Made by a program: the position numbers and the translations under genes. This document shows, piece after piece, positions 47,177-57,926 of a DNA stretch of 64,000 nucleotides. Numbering within the stretch: the stretch's first letter is position 1; each line of letters begins with the position of its first letter. The DNA comes from a virus: the IMG/VR virus record IMGVR_UViG_3300033559_000303, positions 35,938 through 99,937 of that record; one strand, written 5' to 3'. The notes beneath the pieces were generated by a model. That model worked only from the letters and a program-made list of their open reading frames with translations, had not been told where the DNA came from and ran no database searches.

Positions 47177-50170
47177 TTATTTCTTTTTAAGCTTACTCAG
47201 AAGTGCTATAGCCGCTCCACCAAGCACCCCGGCCGATAAAGGTGTACCAATCGGATCAACAGCGTGAGCTAATACACCAGCTGGTTTGCCCTTATTTATA
47301 ATATGAGATCTATTATACGAAGATATCAAGTGAGCAAGAGGAAGTGTAATACCACTTATAACAGCCGCACCCTTTAATCCTGCCTTCATATCCGGAGATA
47401 AGTTAATTGCTGCGGATTTCACCATATGACCTGAAAACAAGGTGGGTGATAAAGTGTTTTCATAATGCTTTGCTGGAGTCATTATTATGTCATTATACAC
47501 ACTTGACTTGTCACTATTCATAATATTAGCAAGTACAGCGCCACCAAGAAGTGATTGCATACCACGACTGCTCATACCGCTCAATACTATATCTTTTATT
47601 GACCTGTTAGACGCAGTTGCACGAAGCCCCATATAAAGAGCCGCAATACCCATAAGGAGTGGTGAGACTGATTTTGCAACAGCAATATCAGATTGACTCA
47701 TAATTTTTTCACCAGTATTAAGCGATGCTTTCTTGGTCATTATAAGTTTTTCACGCTCATTGGATGTAACCATGCACGGGTGTGAGCTTCTCATCCTGAT
47801 AATATGCTTAATAAATGGAAGTATTGCATCATCAGGGTCTTCAAGTGGGAAATCAGATTGCCCACCACACTGATCACATAAGCCTGAGTTTTCAAAGTCA
47901 ATACCACGAGCACTTAATGCATCGGCAACACCTTTATTACCAGATCCTATAAGAATAATCCGCTGAAACTCCCTGGGCCGGATTGGGACGCTGGCATGAA
48001 ATAATGTGCTTACAAGTGGTATGGCCCCAAATGATTCGGTCATATCATCTATAACCCCATCTTCAATATCAGGCTCGCTGTTAATTTGCTCCAGAACCTT
48101 CTTATCGATATTCTCCTTGATAGCCCTAATACGCTCCGGAGAATACATAATACCATCAGGCTGCGTCTCGGTATTCCCCTGGCTATTAATCTCTTTTGTC
48201 AGCGCGCTGTTTTTAAGCATCCCAGCAACCTTATCAATGTCAGCATCTGTTACACCGATAACCTCTGCGAGGGACGTTGACAATAAAGCTTTAGATGCTC
48301 CAGCTACTTTCCCAAGAATATGTGCAATCCTATCAGCCGGCACATATACCTCGGAGATGTCAAAGAATCTTGGTTTCTCATTAATCATGCCAACCTGCAT
48401 GCCGGGGATGATTTTTTTACCAAGTTCTCTTGACCACTGATTTGCAGTATCAGCATCAATCACCTCTCGAAGGTGGTGCTTGATGTGTTTGCACTCTTCA
48501 CCCTGTTTTGACCGCTGATTTCCGCATATATTACACACATCGTACTTGACCTTGCAATTATGGCTAGCAAGCCCGGCTGCTGAATATGATTCGTCACCCT
48601 CAACTTCAAAGTTGTATACCACAGTATCTTCAACATATCTATCCTGGATATCAGATATTGTATAAGATATAGTATCTCCAGAAAATTTCATTGAAGATTG
48701 TTTTTTTACCCTTGGCTCAACTATATCACATAGCTTGGCTAATTTCATTTCAGAATATTGCACTAAATCACCAGCATCATATTTTGAAATATTCAATGTA
48801 TATTCCACTGTATCATGGAAATTAAAACCAATACCAGCTTTATGTGTTATTTTATATATCGATGATGGTATTCCGCATAGTGCTAGTAAATCTCTACCTT
48901 GAAGTGCAAGCGATATATTTGCTGTTGACCAGTGAATACCCTTGGCATCAGTAAATCCATCACCACTTAACCATGCGCCAAGAAAAGCTAGTTTAACATC
49001 GCGATCGGCAACAAAAATTTCAGGAGGTATAACCTTGCTCATACATCCAGTGCCTATGTATTCAGCCATAAAGCATGCTATTTGTGTTGAGTGTATATTA
49101 ACAGATACACCATATTTTGAATTAGATCTTGGATAAAGATTGCAGGTTACTCCTGGGAATATGCTATTCACAATTTTAGGAGCTATCCTAACTATTTCAT
49201 CATTAATGTGACAATTTAGTTGTACAGTTGAAGGCTTAGAGTTATTATACCCACATGAACCTTCTGCTAAATAATACCCCATTAATCTTGCAAGATTAAT
49301 ATCACCGATAGCGGTATACTCACTTTTATTATAATTAACTGGAATATACTGTATATGGTCACCTTTCTCAAAATGAGCTGTATGAGCCCAATCAAATGTA
49401 ACAGCATTGAAATCCGACTCATTTATATAAGGTCTCTCTTTATTATTGCTATCAGCACTAAAAATCTTTGCAACAAATGGATGGTCTGCAGTTACCTCAG
49501 TTTCTATACTTAACCCTCTTAGTTTCAAGTTCCTTACTAAGCCAGTGTATTTGCGGCTATGCAGCTCAGTTACAGGCTTCCAATTACCTTTATGTGTTAA
49601 AACTACGTCTCCAACTTTTATTGATGATATTGGTATATACCCTTTGTTTGTAAGAATTGGGTAATTAGGATCTGTAAAACAACCCATACTTACACCGATA
49701 TCATCACCCTTATCAAGCTTCTCGACAGTATCCTTTGATTTGAATATATCAATTGCAACCACCAGCTCAACACGGTGAGTTTCAGAATTCCAATGCGCAA
49801 ACAAGACTTCTCCAAAGCTATTTTTTGGATCTTTATTTACATGATGCTTGTAGAATTTAGCATAGTATTCGAATGTTTTAAAGCCATAGTCTTCCGGACC
49901 ATTTGCATCAGATGGAAGTGACATATGACTTAAAGATTCATCCGGAAAAATATCCCCGTTACTATTCATACCCCAGTATTCAAAACTTCCAACAGCATTC
50001 ATTACGACATAATACTTGTCGTCACGCTTTTGAAGCGCATCGACATATGCCATAATAGCAGATGAATACTTTCGAGCAGAAGCTGTCTTCTCAAGTGACC
50101 TAAGAGACTTTATAGGTGTAATATGCTCACCGTACTCATCATACCTGGTGAACTCTACATACTTTATCAT
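47177..50170 (-). CDS. putative prohead protease interrupted by an intein
   Basis: NSNGDIF..HH..GEV..VSMG|C...CNICGN..CKHI extein pattern, upstream of scaffold and capsid genes. Confidence 0.7.
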   Translation of the reverse strand: MIKYVEFTRYDEYGEHITPIKSLRSLEKTASARKYSSAIMAYVDALQKRDDKYYVVMNAVGSFEYWGMNSNGDIFPDESLSHMSLPSDANGPEDYGFKTFEYYAKFYKHHVNKDPKNSFGEVLFAHWNSETHRVELVVAIDIFKSKDTVEKLDKGDDIGVSMGCFTDPNYPILTNKGYIPISSIKVGDVVLTHKGNWKPVTELHSRKYTGLVRNLKLRGLSIETEVTADHPFVAKIFSADSNNKERPYINESDFNAVTFDWAHTAHFEKGDHIQYIPVNYNKSEYTAIGDINLARLMGYYLAEGSCGYNNSKPSTVQLNCHINDEIVRIAPKIVNSIFPGVTCNLYPRSNSKYGVSVNIHSTQIACFMAEYIGTGCMSKVIPPEIFVADRDVKLAFLGAWLSGDGFTDAKGIHWSTANISLALQGRDLLALCGIPSSIYKITHKAGIGFNFHDTVEYTLNISKYDAGDLVQYSEMKLAKLCDIVEPRVKKQSSMKFSGDTISYTISDIQDRYVEDTVVYNFEVEGDESYSAAGLASHNCKVKYDVCNICGNQRSKQGEECKHIKHHLREVIDADTANQWSRELGKKIIPGMQVGMINEKPRFFDISEVYVPADRIAHILGKVAGASKALLSTSLAEVIGVTDADIDKVAGMLKNSALTKEINSQGNTETQPDGIMYSPERIRAIKENIDKKVLEQINSEPDIEDGVIDDMTESFGAIPLVSTLFHASVPIRPREFQRIILIGSGNKGVADALSARGIDFENSGLCDQCGGQSDFPLEDPDDAILPFIKHIIRMRSSHPCMVTSNEREKLIMTKKASLNTGEKIMSQSDIAVAKSVSPLLMGIAALYMGLRATASNRSIKDIVLSGMSSRGMQSLLGGAVLANIMNSDKSSVYNDIIMTPAKHYENTLSPTLFSGHMVKSAAINLSPDMKAGLKGAAVISGITLPLAHLISSYNRSHIINKGKPAGVLAHAVDPIGTPLSAGVLGGAAIALLSKLKKK
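48557..49681 (-). mobile_element. 375-aa intein with LAGLIDADG endonuclease
   Basis: starts CFTDPNYPIL, contains TADHPF, LMGYYLAEGS, FLGAWLSGDG, ends VYNFEVEGDESYSAAGLASHN followed by Cys+1. Confidence 0.92.
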
Positions 50171-50559
50171 TAGCTTATCCTTTTAGGTTGATGATACGGA
50201 ACAACCGGTGTTACCGCGTACCTGGATAGTGGCTCAGCCGCAATATCTCTATCCGCAGGCCTAGCCATACTTGTGTTGCTTGCGATTTGGTTTAAAAGCT
50301 CAATCTGATCATTAAATTGCTTTTTCTTCCTGGATTCTGCCATAAACTGGTTTAAACCATGAGTTTTATTAGTTGCATCCAGAATGAAATTCACAAAAGC
50401 CGGAACACCAAGGCCAAGTCCGATACCAATACCAATAGGCGCAAATTTTGTTCGCAGCGCGTTACCAGCCTTTTCCCTTACGGGGCGAATAACATCTTTA
50501 ATGGAATCCCTAAGCCCGGCTGTTTTAATAGTTTCACTTGGAATTGCTGCGATACTCAT
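50170..50559 (-). CDS. virion-region protein with KTA motif
   Basis: ETIKTAG followed by a hydrophobic Gly-rich segment. Confidence 0.6.
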   Translation of the reverse strand: MSIAAIPSETIKTAGLRDSIKDVIRPVREKAGNALRTKFAPIGIGIGLGLGVPAFVNFILDATNKTHGLNQFMAESRKKKQFNDQIELLNQIASNTSMARPADRDIAAEPLSRYAVTPVVPYHQPKRIS

Positions 50560-50560
50560 A

Positions 50561-50986
50561 TTACCCCTCTATAGCTGATTCAAAAAGTGTTCCAAGAACC
50601 TTTCCGGTGCCCTTGCTCAAAACTTCTTTTCCAAAACCTGGAGATGAAGCGCCGCGCTCGATATCAACCATTCCTTTGACAAGGTTGTGATCAACCCCGC
50701 CAAACTGAACCATTTTATTTACAAGGTCACCAGAAACAATAGCGTTGCGAGCAATTGTGGGGGCAAATGTCTTGATAACATTAAAGTAATCATCAACAAC
50801 TTTCTCATCAACCCCTTGAAGCGATGGCGTGTAATCTACAAGTCTTTTTCTTGCAGAGTTAGCTTGAGTGGCTCTGACTATGGGTGTAGCCAGTTCAGCG
50901 GCGCCACCAGCAGCAGCGAGACCAAGTCCAGCATAAACTAACTTGTTAAGCAATGATGCTGCATTTGCATTTGGATTAATATTCAT
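50561..50986 (-). CDS. hypothetical virion-region protein
   Basis: AAGGAG RBS, 141 aa. Confidence 0.65.
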   Translation of the reverse strand: MNINPNANAASLLNKLVYAGLGLAAAGGAAELATPIVRATQANSARKRLVDYTPSLQGVDEKVVDDYFNVIKTFAPTIARNAIVSGDLVNKMVQFGGVDHNLVKGMVDIERGASSPGFGKEVLSKGTGKVLGTLFESAIEG

Positions 50987-50995
50987 AATGTCTCC

Positions 50996-51577
50996 TTAAT
51001 AAAAATTAGATCTGACAGCAGTACCACCGCGTGTCAGGAAGTTTTGGTTCTGATATGTATTTGCGATACCGCTATTGCCAAGACTGGTCGAGGTCCGCAT
51101 ATTTGTTGCAGCCTGGCCAAGCCCTTTTCTAGCAGTGCTGAACTCTCCGGCATAATAAGCCCCGGTCAAGCCTGTCATTCCAAGCTTCCCTGCTTTACCA
51201 ACGCCCTTAGGCATGGTTTTGAAAAAATTCGTAGCAACACCAACAACTCTTGGTATGGCAGCCATTATGTATGCTGATTTTTCAATTTCAGACCCTGAAT
51301 CACTAATTGGCAACGCGGCTATTTTTTTCATTTTCATCACATCCATAACTTTATTATAGTCATAATCACTCAACTCGTCTGTTCTGATTTTTCCAGCAAG
51401 AACATTACTGGCCATATAACCTGTATAATTATTTGGTACACTCGGGTCATCAATAGCCTTATAAGCCTTATAAGCAAGTACTGGCGATGCCGCCGCACCA
51501 GTTAGTAGTGCACCTTTACCCACAGTTTTGCCAGCAGGGCTCCTGAGAAATTTAAGGCTACTTCTTAGAAACCGCAT
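50996..51577 (-). CDS. virion-region protein with internal KKIA/EKSA
   Basis: 193 aa, overlapping operon arrangement. Confidence 0.6.
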   Translation of the reverse strand: MRFLRSSLKFLRSPAGKTVGKGALLTGAAASPVLAYKAYKAIDDPSVPNNYTGYMASNVLAGKIRTDELSDYDYNKVMDVMKMKKIAALPISDSGSEIEKSAYIMAAIPRVVGVATNFFKTMPKGVGKAGKLGMTGLTGAYYAGEFSTARKGLGQAATNMRTSTSLGNSGIANTYQNQNFLTRGGTAVRSNFY

Positions 51578-52424
51578 CTCTCAACCCTTTTACTTTGGAC
51601 CTTGTGCTATTAATACCTGTAATCATCTTTTTGCAAGCTGCAGCTTTTTCAAGCTCAAGGACGAGTTCCTGGGCAGTTCTTGAAAGATCGTTATCACCAT
51701 TAATATTCATTGATGAAAGCTTGGTAAGTTCAGTATTTACAGTAAAACCTCGAGACGCAATTTTTTCGAAAGCATGCCCCGATACACTCTGAATGATTTT
51801 TACACCGCGATCACCAAAATCCTCAACCACACTCCGCATTGCTATTTTGGTCATGTCGGCGAACGATTCCCGGGCAGACACTGTATCAAGGCCGTGATTA
51901 ATGTATTCAGCAAGCAATGATTCAGACCGCCTTTCAGAGGCTGTTTTAATCATTTCCAGATTATATACCAGCTTTCTTGCGGCATCATCAATCTGGGCAA
52001 GCTTCTGTATAGTATAGGTAATTTTACCACGCTTTGCTGATTCTGACATATCCCCAGCAATTTTTTCCATGCCATCAGATAAAGCTGCAGTTTTGATAAC
52101 CGGCTCAATCTGGGGGGCAATCAGATAGTCAATTGATTTATCATCTACCATAACACCACTCTCCTGGTCTATTGTTTTTAACAATAAGGCTGAATCGGCC
52201 AGCGGAAATTTAATCTGAGACCGGTCAATGTTTTTATTTTTAAACAGCGTCATATAAACAGTATTATTTGCAGCTTCACACACTCTTTTAAGGATTTCAT
52301 CATTTTTTATTTTACCATTATCATGCATATCTTTAATAGACTCATTAAGGTTAACACCCTCATTGAGGTATGCAGTGGCAGCATCATATGCCATCTGTTT
52401 GATTTGCTGATTGAGTATAGACAT
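51558..52424 (-). CDS. virion-region protein with many KxA motifs
   Basis: KTA, EKIA, KLA, KIA, EKAA. Confidence 0.65.
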   Translation of the reverse strand: MSILNQQIKQMAYDAATAYLNEGVNLNESIKDMHDNGKIKNDEILKRVCEAANNTVYMTLFKNKNIDRSQIKFPLADSALLLKTIDQESGVMVDDKSIDYLIAPQIEPVIKTAALSDGMEKIAGDMSESAKRGKITYTIQKLAQIDDAARKLVYNLEMIKTASERRSESLLAEYINHGLDTVSARESFADMTKIAMRSVVEDFGDRGVKIIQSVSGHAFEKIASRGFTVNTELTKLSSMNINGDNDLSRTAQELVLELEKAAACKKMITGINSTRSKVKGLRDAVSKK

Positions 52425-52539
52425 TGAAAACCCCTATCGCTTCAAATAATATATATAACTTAAAATAACACTTGCTGTCACATAAAGCAATCGACTATTT
52501 TAAAATCGATACTTTTTCATTTTATAGAAAGGGCTTAAA

Positions 52540-52941
52540 ATGGATACCGAATCTTTATCAGAATTGGCAAAAGCACTTGAAGACGCTGTTATAAGCAGTA
52601 CTGCCAAGGCTAATCCGACAGAAATTATCACCGTGCTATTCAAACACGCCGTATCAAGAATGTTTGAAAAAGCCATTGTATCAAAGGGTGACGGAACAAA
52701 AAGTATGCGCTATGACGCCATACTTGAAACCAAGCGCGGGTTGATACATACATTTAAAACAGCAAATCTCGGTGATCATCAGAAATCAACCGAATGGTAT
52801 GAACAGCTTTTTGACAGCACGGTTCAGGAGATATTGAATTTTGCATCACACAGGCATGAGGGTAGTGATATTATCTCGCTTGATCAGGCTCGGCAGTTTT
52901 CAATAAACCCACTCTTGGTTCCGCCTAATATTCACGTGTAG
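52540..52941 (+). CDS. hypothetical protein, opposite strand within the late module
   Basis: 133 aa, AAGGG RBS. Confidence 0.65.
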   Translation: MDTESLSELAKALEDAVISSTAKANPTEIITVLFKHAVSRMFEKAIVSKGDGTKSMRYDAILETKRGLIHTFKTANLGDHQKSTEWYEQLFDSTVQEILNFASHRHEGSDIISLDQARQFSINPLLVPPNIHV

Positions 52942-53170
52942 TAGATTTTGACTTTTTGAGCACATTAAGGCGCCGGCGCTCTGCCGGCGTTGCTCCAGCT
53001 CCAACACCTGATTTATGTTTTCTTTGAGCTTCAGCATCCCTTCTTGCGGCAAGGTCCTTATGAACCTTGGGAACCTCCTTAGTAGCTATTGAGATCAACT
53101 TGTTCATACCAGCTATTTTAGCAAGCTCATCATTAAACGCCCAGTCGTATATTTCATTTATTGTCTTCAT
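52925..53170 (-). CDS. small basic protein with AKIA leader
   Basis: MKTINEIYDWAFNDELAKIA resembles the leader family. Confidence 0.7.
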   Translation of the reverse strand: MKTINEIYDWAFNDELAKIAGMNKLISIATKEVPKVHKDLAARRDAEAQRKHKSGVGAGATPAERRRLNVLKKSKSTTREY

Positions 53171-53531
53171 CGATTTTCCTTTTCAGATCTAATTCTTTGA
53201 TTTTGAGGATTTTGTTTATAATTCTCCAGAACCTATCTCTCTCAGCATAAATCATTTGGGCTATCAGGCAAAATACAACAGTTTCCCATATCATGCGTCC
53301 GATAGTTGTTTTATGATAAATAACCGTTATAGCAATACTCGCTATGATCATAAATATTGCAGATATAGCGTCATCTGTCTTTTTAGACATCTTGATCGAA
53401 AGCTGTCGGTGTAACATGTCTGTTATGCCGTGCCCGGCAAAGAATATTGTCAAGATTCTGATAATATATCCTATCAGGATTTTTGGATAGTCACCAAAGA
53501 CATCTGTAAGATCTTTTAGCATATTACTCAT
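53154..53531 (-). CDS. 3-TM membrane protein (holin-like)
   Basis: three hydrophobic helices, charged C-terminus. Confidence 0.5.
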   Translation of the reverse strand: MSNMLKDLTDVFGDYPKILIGYIIRILTIFFAGHGITDMLHRQLSIKMSKKTDDAISAIFMIIASIAITVIYHKTTIGRMIWETVVFCLIAQMIYAERDRFWRIINKILKIKELDLKRKIDEDNK

Positions 53532-55110
53532 GGCCCTGCCTTTTTATCAACTTAATATTGCCGCAGTCATAAATACGCATGTACCCATTATCAGACATGT
53601 TTTCTCGCTCAGTCTTATCAGGGTTGTATATTGGTAATATACTTTCAAGTTTGTGTTTTTGAAAGTTAATCCTATTGTACCTACTCCTTCCTTTTACATA
53701 AAAATACGAAGGCTTTGTTGTACCAACAACTTCAAACCCAGATGATATATACCCGGATGCATTAAATAACCTTCTATCGCAATATGATACAACATCTTTG
53801 TCAATGCCACTTGTAAGCTTTGAAAGACCACCTGGTATAGAATATCCTATCTTAGGACAAAACCTGTGGAGTTCATATTCACCTTGTTTAAACCTGGACA
53901 TGCCAAATCCTGCTACAGCTATAATTTCACCATTATAACTAAGCCCTCTGCGCAATTTACTATTACACTCACCCTGTATGTGATTCTCCTCAAGAAAAGC
54001 CTTATATTCAATGGGCTGTAGTTCTACTAACTTAGTTTTTCTAGCAAATACCCTATTATTAGGCATTGCAAGTTTGTTCATGATAATTGACATCACGATA
54101 TCACAACTGTTAATAATCTCATCTTCAAATATATGGATGATATCAATGTTGAAGTTAGCATTAAACCACTCTGTCTTATCAATATGGTATGTATCTGATT
54201 TATACTTATCAGAATGCCAATATATACCATCTATTTCAATACCTATATTAAAATCAGGTATATAAAGGTCAAGCTCTTTCCATACTCCATTATGGCTAAA
54301 ACTTTTGTTTTTTTCAACATTTGTAATCCCATGATCATATAAATATCTTTCCAAGTCATGCTCATAAGACGATCGAGAGTTCACACACGACTTGCAGTAA
54401 ACACTAACGGCTCTTAGGCTCCTGCTGTCATATTTATTAAAAGTAGATATATTACCGCATCTAAGGCATTTGAAGTTGTAATCACCATTCTCAGGTGAGG
54501 TGTATTCATCAACCGTAAACATTGGCTCTATATGCTTCCATTTTTTTAATTTATCAATATATATGGGCCAGTACTTTCTAAGGCTTGTCTCTTTTTGTTT
54601 TATTTTTGCTATTATAGATAAACCCTTTCGTGATCCATACTTTTCATCAATAGTTTTTCTAACTCTTTCTTTAACAGTGTTATTTTTTAGAGGGTGTGAT
54701 ACTCCATATTTGCTTAACCATGTCTTTTCTCTTTTAGCTCTAACAGCGCTGTCATTCATTGTGCAGGAAACACCGTATCGCTCTATACTAAGCTCTCGCT
54801 TCTTATCTTTAACACTTTGTAGTTGTGATATATTTTCAACACCATAAGCGTCAATATTGCGCTGCACTCTGAGATTATGACCGCACTTTCTACCACATGT
54901 TATAGCTTGGTAGCCTACAGAGAATGTTTTGAATTTTAATTTTTTACCACATATAACACAGTGGGTAACCTCATCGTCTTTCATGAGGAATTTCTGGTAG
55001 TATTCCTCCGTTGTTATCTCGGTGTGTTTTTTCCTGATATGCAGCGCAAGGGCGTGCAGTGCCCCAACTTCTTGATCACAGATTTTACATTGCATTTTTG
55101 ACCCTTTCAT
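53524..55110 (-). CDS. free-standing homing endonuclease (Vsr/DUF559/Hef-like)
   Basis: C2H2 finger, YGV repeats, ELDLYIPDFNIGIEIDGIYWH, C-terminal SYCDRR..IYDCG domain. Confidence 0.75.
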   Translation of the reverse strand: MKGSKMQCKICDQEVGALHALALHIRKKHTEITTEEYYQKFLMKDDEVTHCVICGKKLKFKTFSVGYQAITCGRKCGHNLRVQRNIDAYGVENISQLQSVKDKKRELSIERYGVSCTMNDSAVRAKREKTWLSKYGVSHPLKNNTVKERVRKTIDEKYGSRKGLSIIAKIKQKETSLRKYWPIYIDKLKKWKHIEPMFTVDEYTSPENGDYNFKCLRCGNISTFNKYDSRSLRAVSVYCKSCVNSRSSYEHDLERYLYDHGITNVEKNKSFSHNGVWKELDLYIPDFNIGIEIDGIYWHSDKYKSDTYHIDKTEWFNANFNIDIIHIFEDEIINSCDIVMSIIMNKLAMPNNRVFARKTKLVELQPIEYKAFLEENHIQGECNSKLRRGLSYNGEIIAVAGFGMSRFKQGEYELHRFCPKIGYSIPGGLSKLTSGIDKDVVSYCDRRLFNASGYISSGFEVVGTTKPSYFYVKGRSRYNRINFQKHKLESILPIYNPDKTERENMSDNGYMRIYDCGNIKLIKRQGHE

Positions 55111-55158
55111 TTGTTACTATAAAATAACATATGTGATCATACTTTGCAATATATATTT

Positions 55159-56859
55159 TTACTCATATCCAGCTGGAGGTTTATTACCCCTATTTTTAAC
55201 CGAAGGCACATCTGCCGCTGTTCCAGTTAGGAATTTAGCATACTCACCCGTCTTAACAGCCATTGCAACTCTGGCCATTAAATATGAATGGAAGGCATCA
55301 TCAGGCAGGTTGTGATCATACTTTATCATCCTTGTCTGCTCGCTATACTCAGCGCAGATGCTGGTAAAGTCAGATAAAAACTCATCCTTGAAGTCAGCCC
55401 ACCGGAAGAAAGACACTTGACCCCGGGTAATCTCCATAAAGAAATCTGTCATCACCTGTGTTCTATTGATTATATAGTAACCACTATCAGAATTCCATTT
55501 AATTTTTGTTGCCAAAGTTCCATGCTCGTATAGTTCAGCAAACTTTCCGGGGCCAAGTTTATCTACCATAATAGCATTTGACGTTCTACCATCACCCATA
55601 TCAGCAATAGTCAGTTGAGCCCCGAACGCATAAATAATCCTAAGCATATCTTCAATTTGTATAAGCGGCTCGCTCATGCGCCCTTTATACTTCTTCATAA
55701 AGAGAACAGTTGGCTTGCGCTTATGCCATGCCATGATTGTAAGAACACTATATGATGTTCCTGACATTGTATCACCCTTACCCCAGTCTATTCCAGCGGT
55801 GATAAATGGAAAAGTGCCCTTTTTATTTACCGAAGGGTCTATTCCATCCTCTCTGAATATAGGCTTATCGCCGCAAACCGCCTCCATATCATGCTCATTA
55901 AGCGGATGTTTAGCATTAGCATATGGAAGCGCCAGGATTTCATTATAGTATTTCTCGATCGAGTATGACTTCTGAGTTTTTATGACGTTTGTTTCCCAAA
56001 TCTCAGGGTATAACGGGTTATTAATCCAGTTAACAGCAATCTGAGGCATTCTATAGCCATCCATGACGGTGCCCTCACTCTTCATGGCTACCCATCTACC
56101 ATTATCATATAACAACGGTTTCCCGCATTTACTACATATCAATCCGGTCTTCCCAATATTACGCTCGCAGAGATAGTTTTCTTTATTACACCCTGTGCAT
56201 TTTACTATCCATTCATTTTGAGTGGATATATTCCAGTATCTCTCAAGGGTGTTATCAAGTGTTTTTGGTGTTCCAGAATAAACCTTGCTGTTAAATAGAT
56301 GCATCGGTAAATTAGGATTATCCTCTTTCATTTGAGCCCATTTAGGTAAACTGTGCGACATACACTGTTCTATTACAGGTATGTGATCGGCGACAAGATC
56401 CTGGATTTCATCGAATATGCACATGTCAGCTGATATTCCACGAGACGCATCGGCGGAGTGAAAAGCGGATCGTAAATATATTTTACTTCCATTTGACAAC
56501 TCCTTAAAAGTGACCTGATCAGTAGTATGGCTATCCATAAAATGCTTGGTGATAATATCAGAACTCTGAAGGGTTCCTTTGAGTTTATCATTGGAGAATA
56601 CAGACACCTGGTTTCCGGTTGGAGCTATATATAGAACATGATAATTTGGATACTTCAACATTGGCACTGTACCAAGACATGCGTCTGTTGTTGACTTATG
56701 TGTCTGTCTTCCAAATTTTAGTATCTTGGCATTTGATGGTTTATTGTAAATAGCATAGAGATGCCTATGGTCTTTTCGCGTTATCTTCATAGGTCGACCA
56801 TTGACATAGAACACAGATTGTGCAAAGTCAGTAACCCTTAGTTTTTTTTGATCTGACAT
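55159..56859 (-). CDS. terL: terminase large subunit (gpA-like)
   Basis: GRQTHKST Walker A, CIFDEIQD Walker B, zinc ribbon, AGIDWG and PDDAFHS nuclease motifs. Confidence 0.88.
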   Translation of the reverse strand: MSDQKKLRVTDFAQSVFYVNGRPMKITRKDHRHLYAIYNKPSNAKILKFGRQTHKSTTDACLGTVPMLKYPNYHVLYIAPTGNQVSVFSNDKLKGTLQSSDIITKHFMDSHTTDQVTFKELSNGSKIYLRSAFHSADASRGISADMCIFDEIQDLVADHIPVIEQCMSHSLPKWAQMKEDNPNLPMHLFNSKVYSGTPKTLDNTLERYWNISTQNEWIVKCTGCNKENYLCERNIGKTGLICSKCGKPLLYDNGRWVAMKSEGTVMDGYRMPQIAVNWINNPLYPEIWETNVIKTQKSYSIEKYYNEILALPYANAKHPLNEHDMEAVCGDKPIFREDGIDPSVNKKGTFPFITAGIDWGKGDTMSGTSYSVLTIMAWHKRKPTVLFMKKYKGRMSEPLIQIEDMLRIIYAFGAQLTIADMGDGRTSNAIMVDKLGPGKFAELYEHGTLATKIKWNSDSGYYIINRTQVMTDFFMEITRGQVSFFRWADFKDEFLSDFTSICAEYSEQTRMIKYDHNLPDDAFHSYLMARVAMAVKTGEYAKFLTGTAADVPSVKNRGNKPPAGYE

Positions 56860-57926
56860 TAATGGAGATCCTCTCTAATATCATCTATTAAACCATCAAC
56901 ATCACGGGCGTTGGCAATCTTCTCATCATCAAACTCCAATGAATACTGATCAAGCTTATCAAAGAAGCTGCCATCACTTTCACCATCTTCAGGCATAGCA
57001 CTATGAGCCTTAAGGTACATGTCGAACCAGTGCTTGGCAAGTCTTGCCTTCTGATCTTCTACATTCTTATAATTTATTCTTGTAGCCTCAGTATCGCCAA
57101 ACTCCCCGCCAAAACTCTCTTCCTTGCTCCACTCAACAAACGTCTCCATATTCATTGCTTCATAATACTTATGGTAACTGTCAGTTTGTACAGCTTCAAT
57201 AAAATCCTTGGGTTTTGGTGGCGCAAGCTTTTTGTACCCTATTTTCCATTTAATATACTCAACCGGGTGAAATACGACATTTACAGAGCTGCCATTCGAC
57301 TTATGATAGTTCTGAAATATAGCGGCATCCTGCTCACCTGTAGACAAGGTTTTAATAACAAGTGTATTATCTTTAAAGTGAGAACAGCGCATAATAGCAT
57401 CTTTTGCAGTACACGATGAGGTGTCCCAGAATATACTCTGAAATCTTTCAAGGGCTTCTGAAGATAGTTTCTTTTTATACTTGAACCCGACAACTGCAGA
57501 TATTTCACTATGACTTTCATCATTAAACATGAATGTCTCGATCAGCGATGCTATGTCCGGAAATCTCAGAATCCAGTGAATATCATCAAACCATTTATAA
57601 TGCGGGTTCTTGCCATATTTATGCTCGTCAATTCGTCGACCTTCATTCTGATGGCGGAACTCTATATAATCTATATACTCAAGGACACCGAGTACTTCGC
57701 AATACTCTTTATTACCCTGCTTTGTAATATCAATAGGCTCATGCGCCTCAAGAACCTCTAATATAGCTTTGGAGGCTGTTGCTCGTAAATCCTCGTATAC
57801 AGCATGTATCTCGGGTACTGTTGCAGCGAATCCGAATTCCTTTAACTTATCATGTATAAAATCTGGCTTCTTACCGCGAAGTAGCAGTGTTATTATCAGT
57901 CTTAGGAATGGTAGCGGGTCTCTCAT
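56859..57926 (-). CDS. hypothetical protein, possible terminase small subunit
   Basis: coupled directly upstream of terL. Confidence 0.5.
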   Translation of the reverse strand: MRDPLPFLRLIITLLLRGKKPDFIHDKLKEFGFAATVPEIHAVYEDLRATASKAILEVLEAHEPIDITKQGNKEYCEVLGVLEYIDYIEFRHQNEGRRIDEHKYGKNPHYKWFDDIHWILRFPDIASLIETFMFNDESHSEISAVVGFKYKKKLSSEALERFQSIFWDTSSCTAKDAIMRCSHFKDNTLVIKTLSTGEQDAAIFQNYHKSNGSSVNVVFHPVEYIKWKIGYKKLAPPKPKDFIEAVQTDSYHKYYEAMNMETFVEWSKEESFGGEFGDTEATRINYKNVEDQKARLAKHWFDMYLKAHSAMPEDGESDGSFFDKLDQYSLEFDDEKIANARDVDGLIDDIREDLH

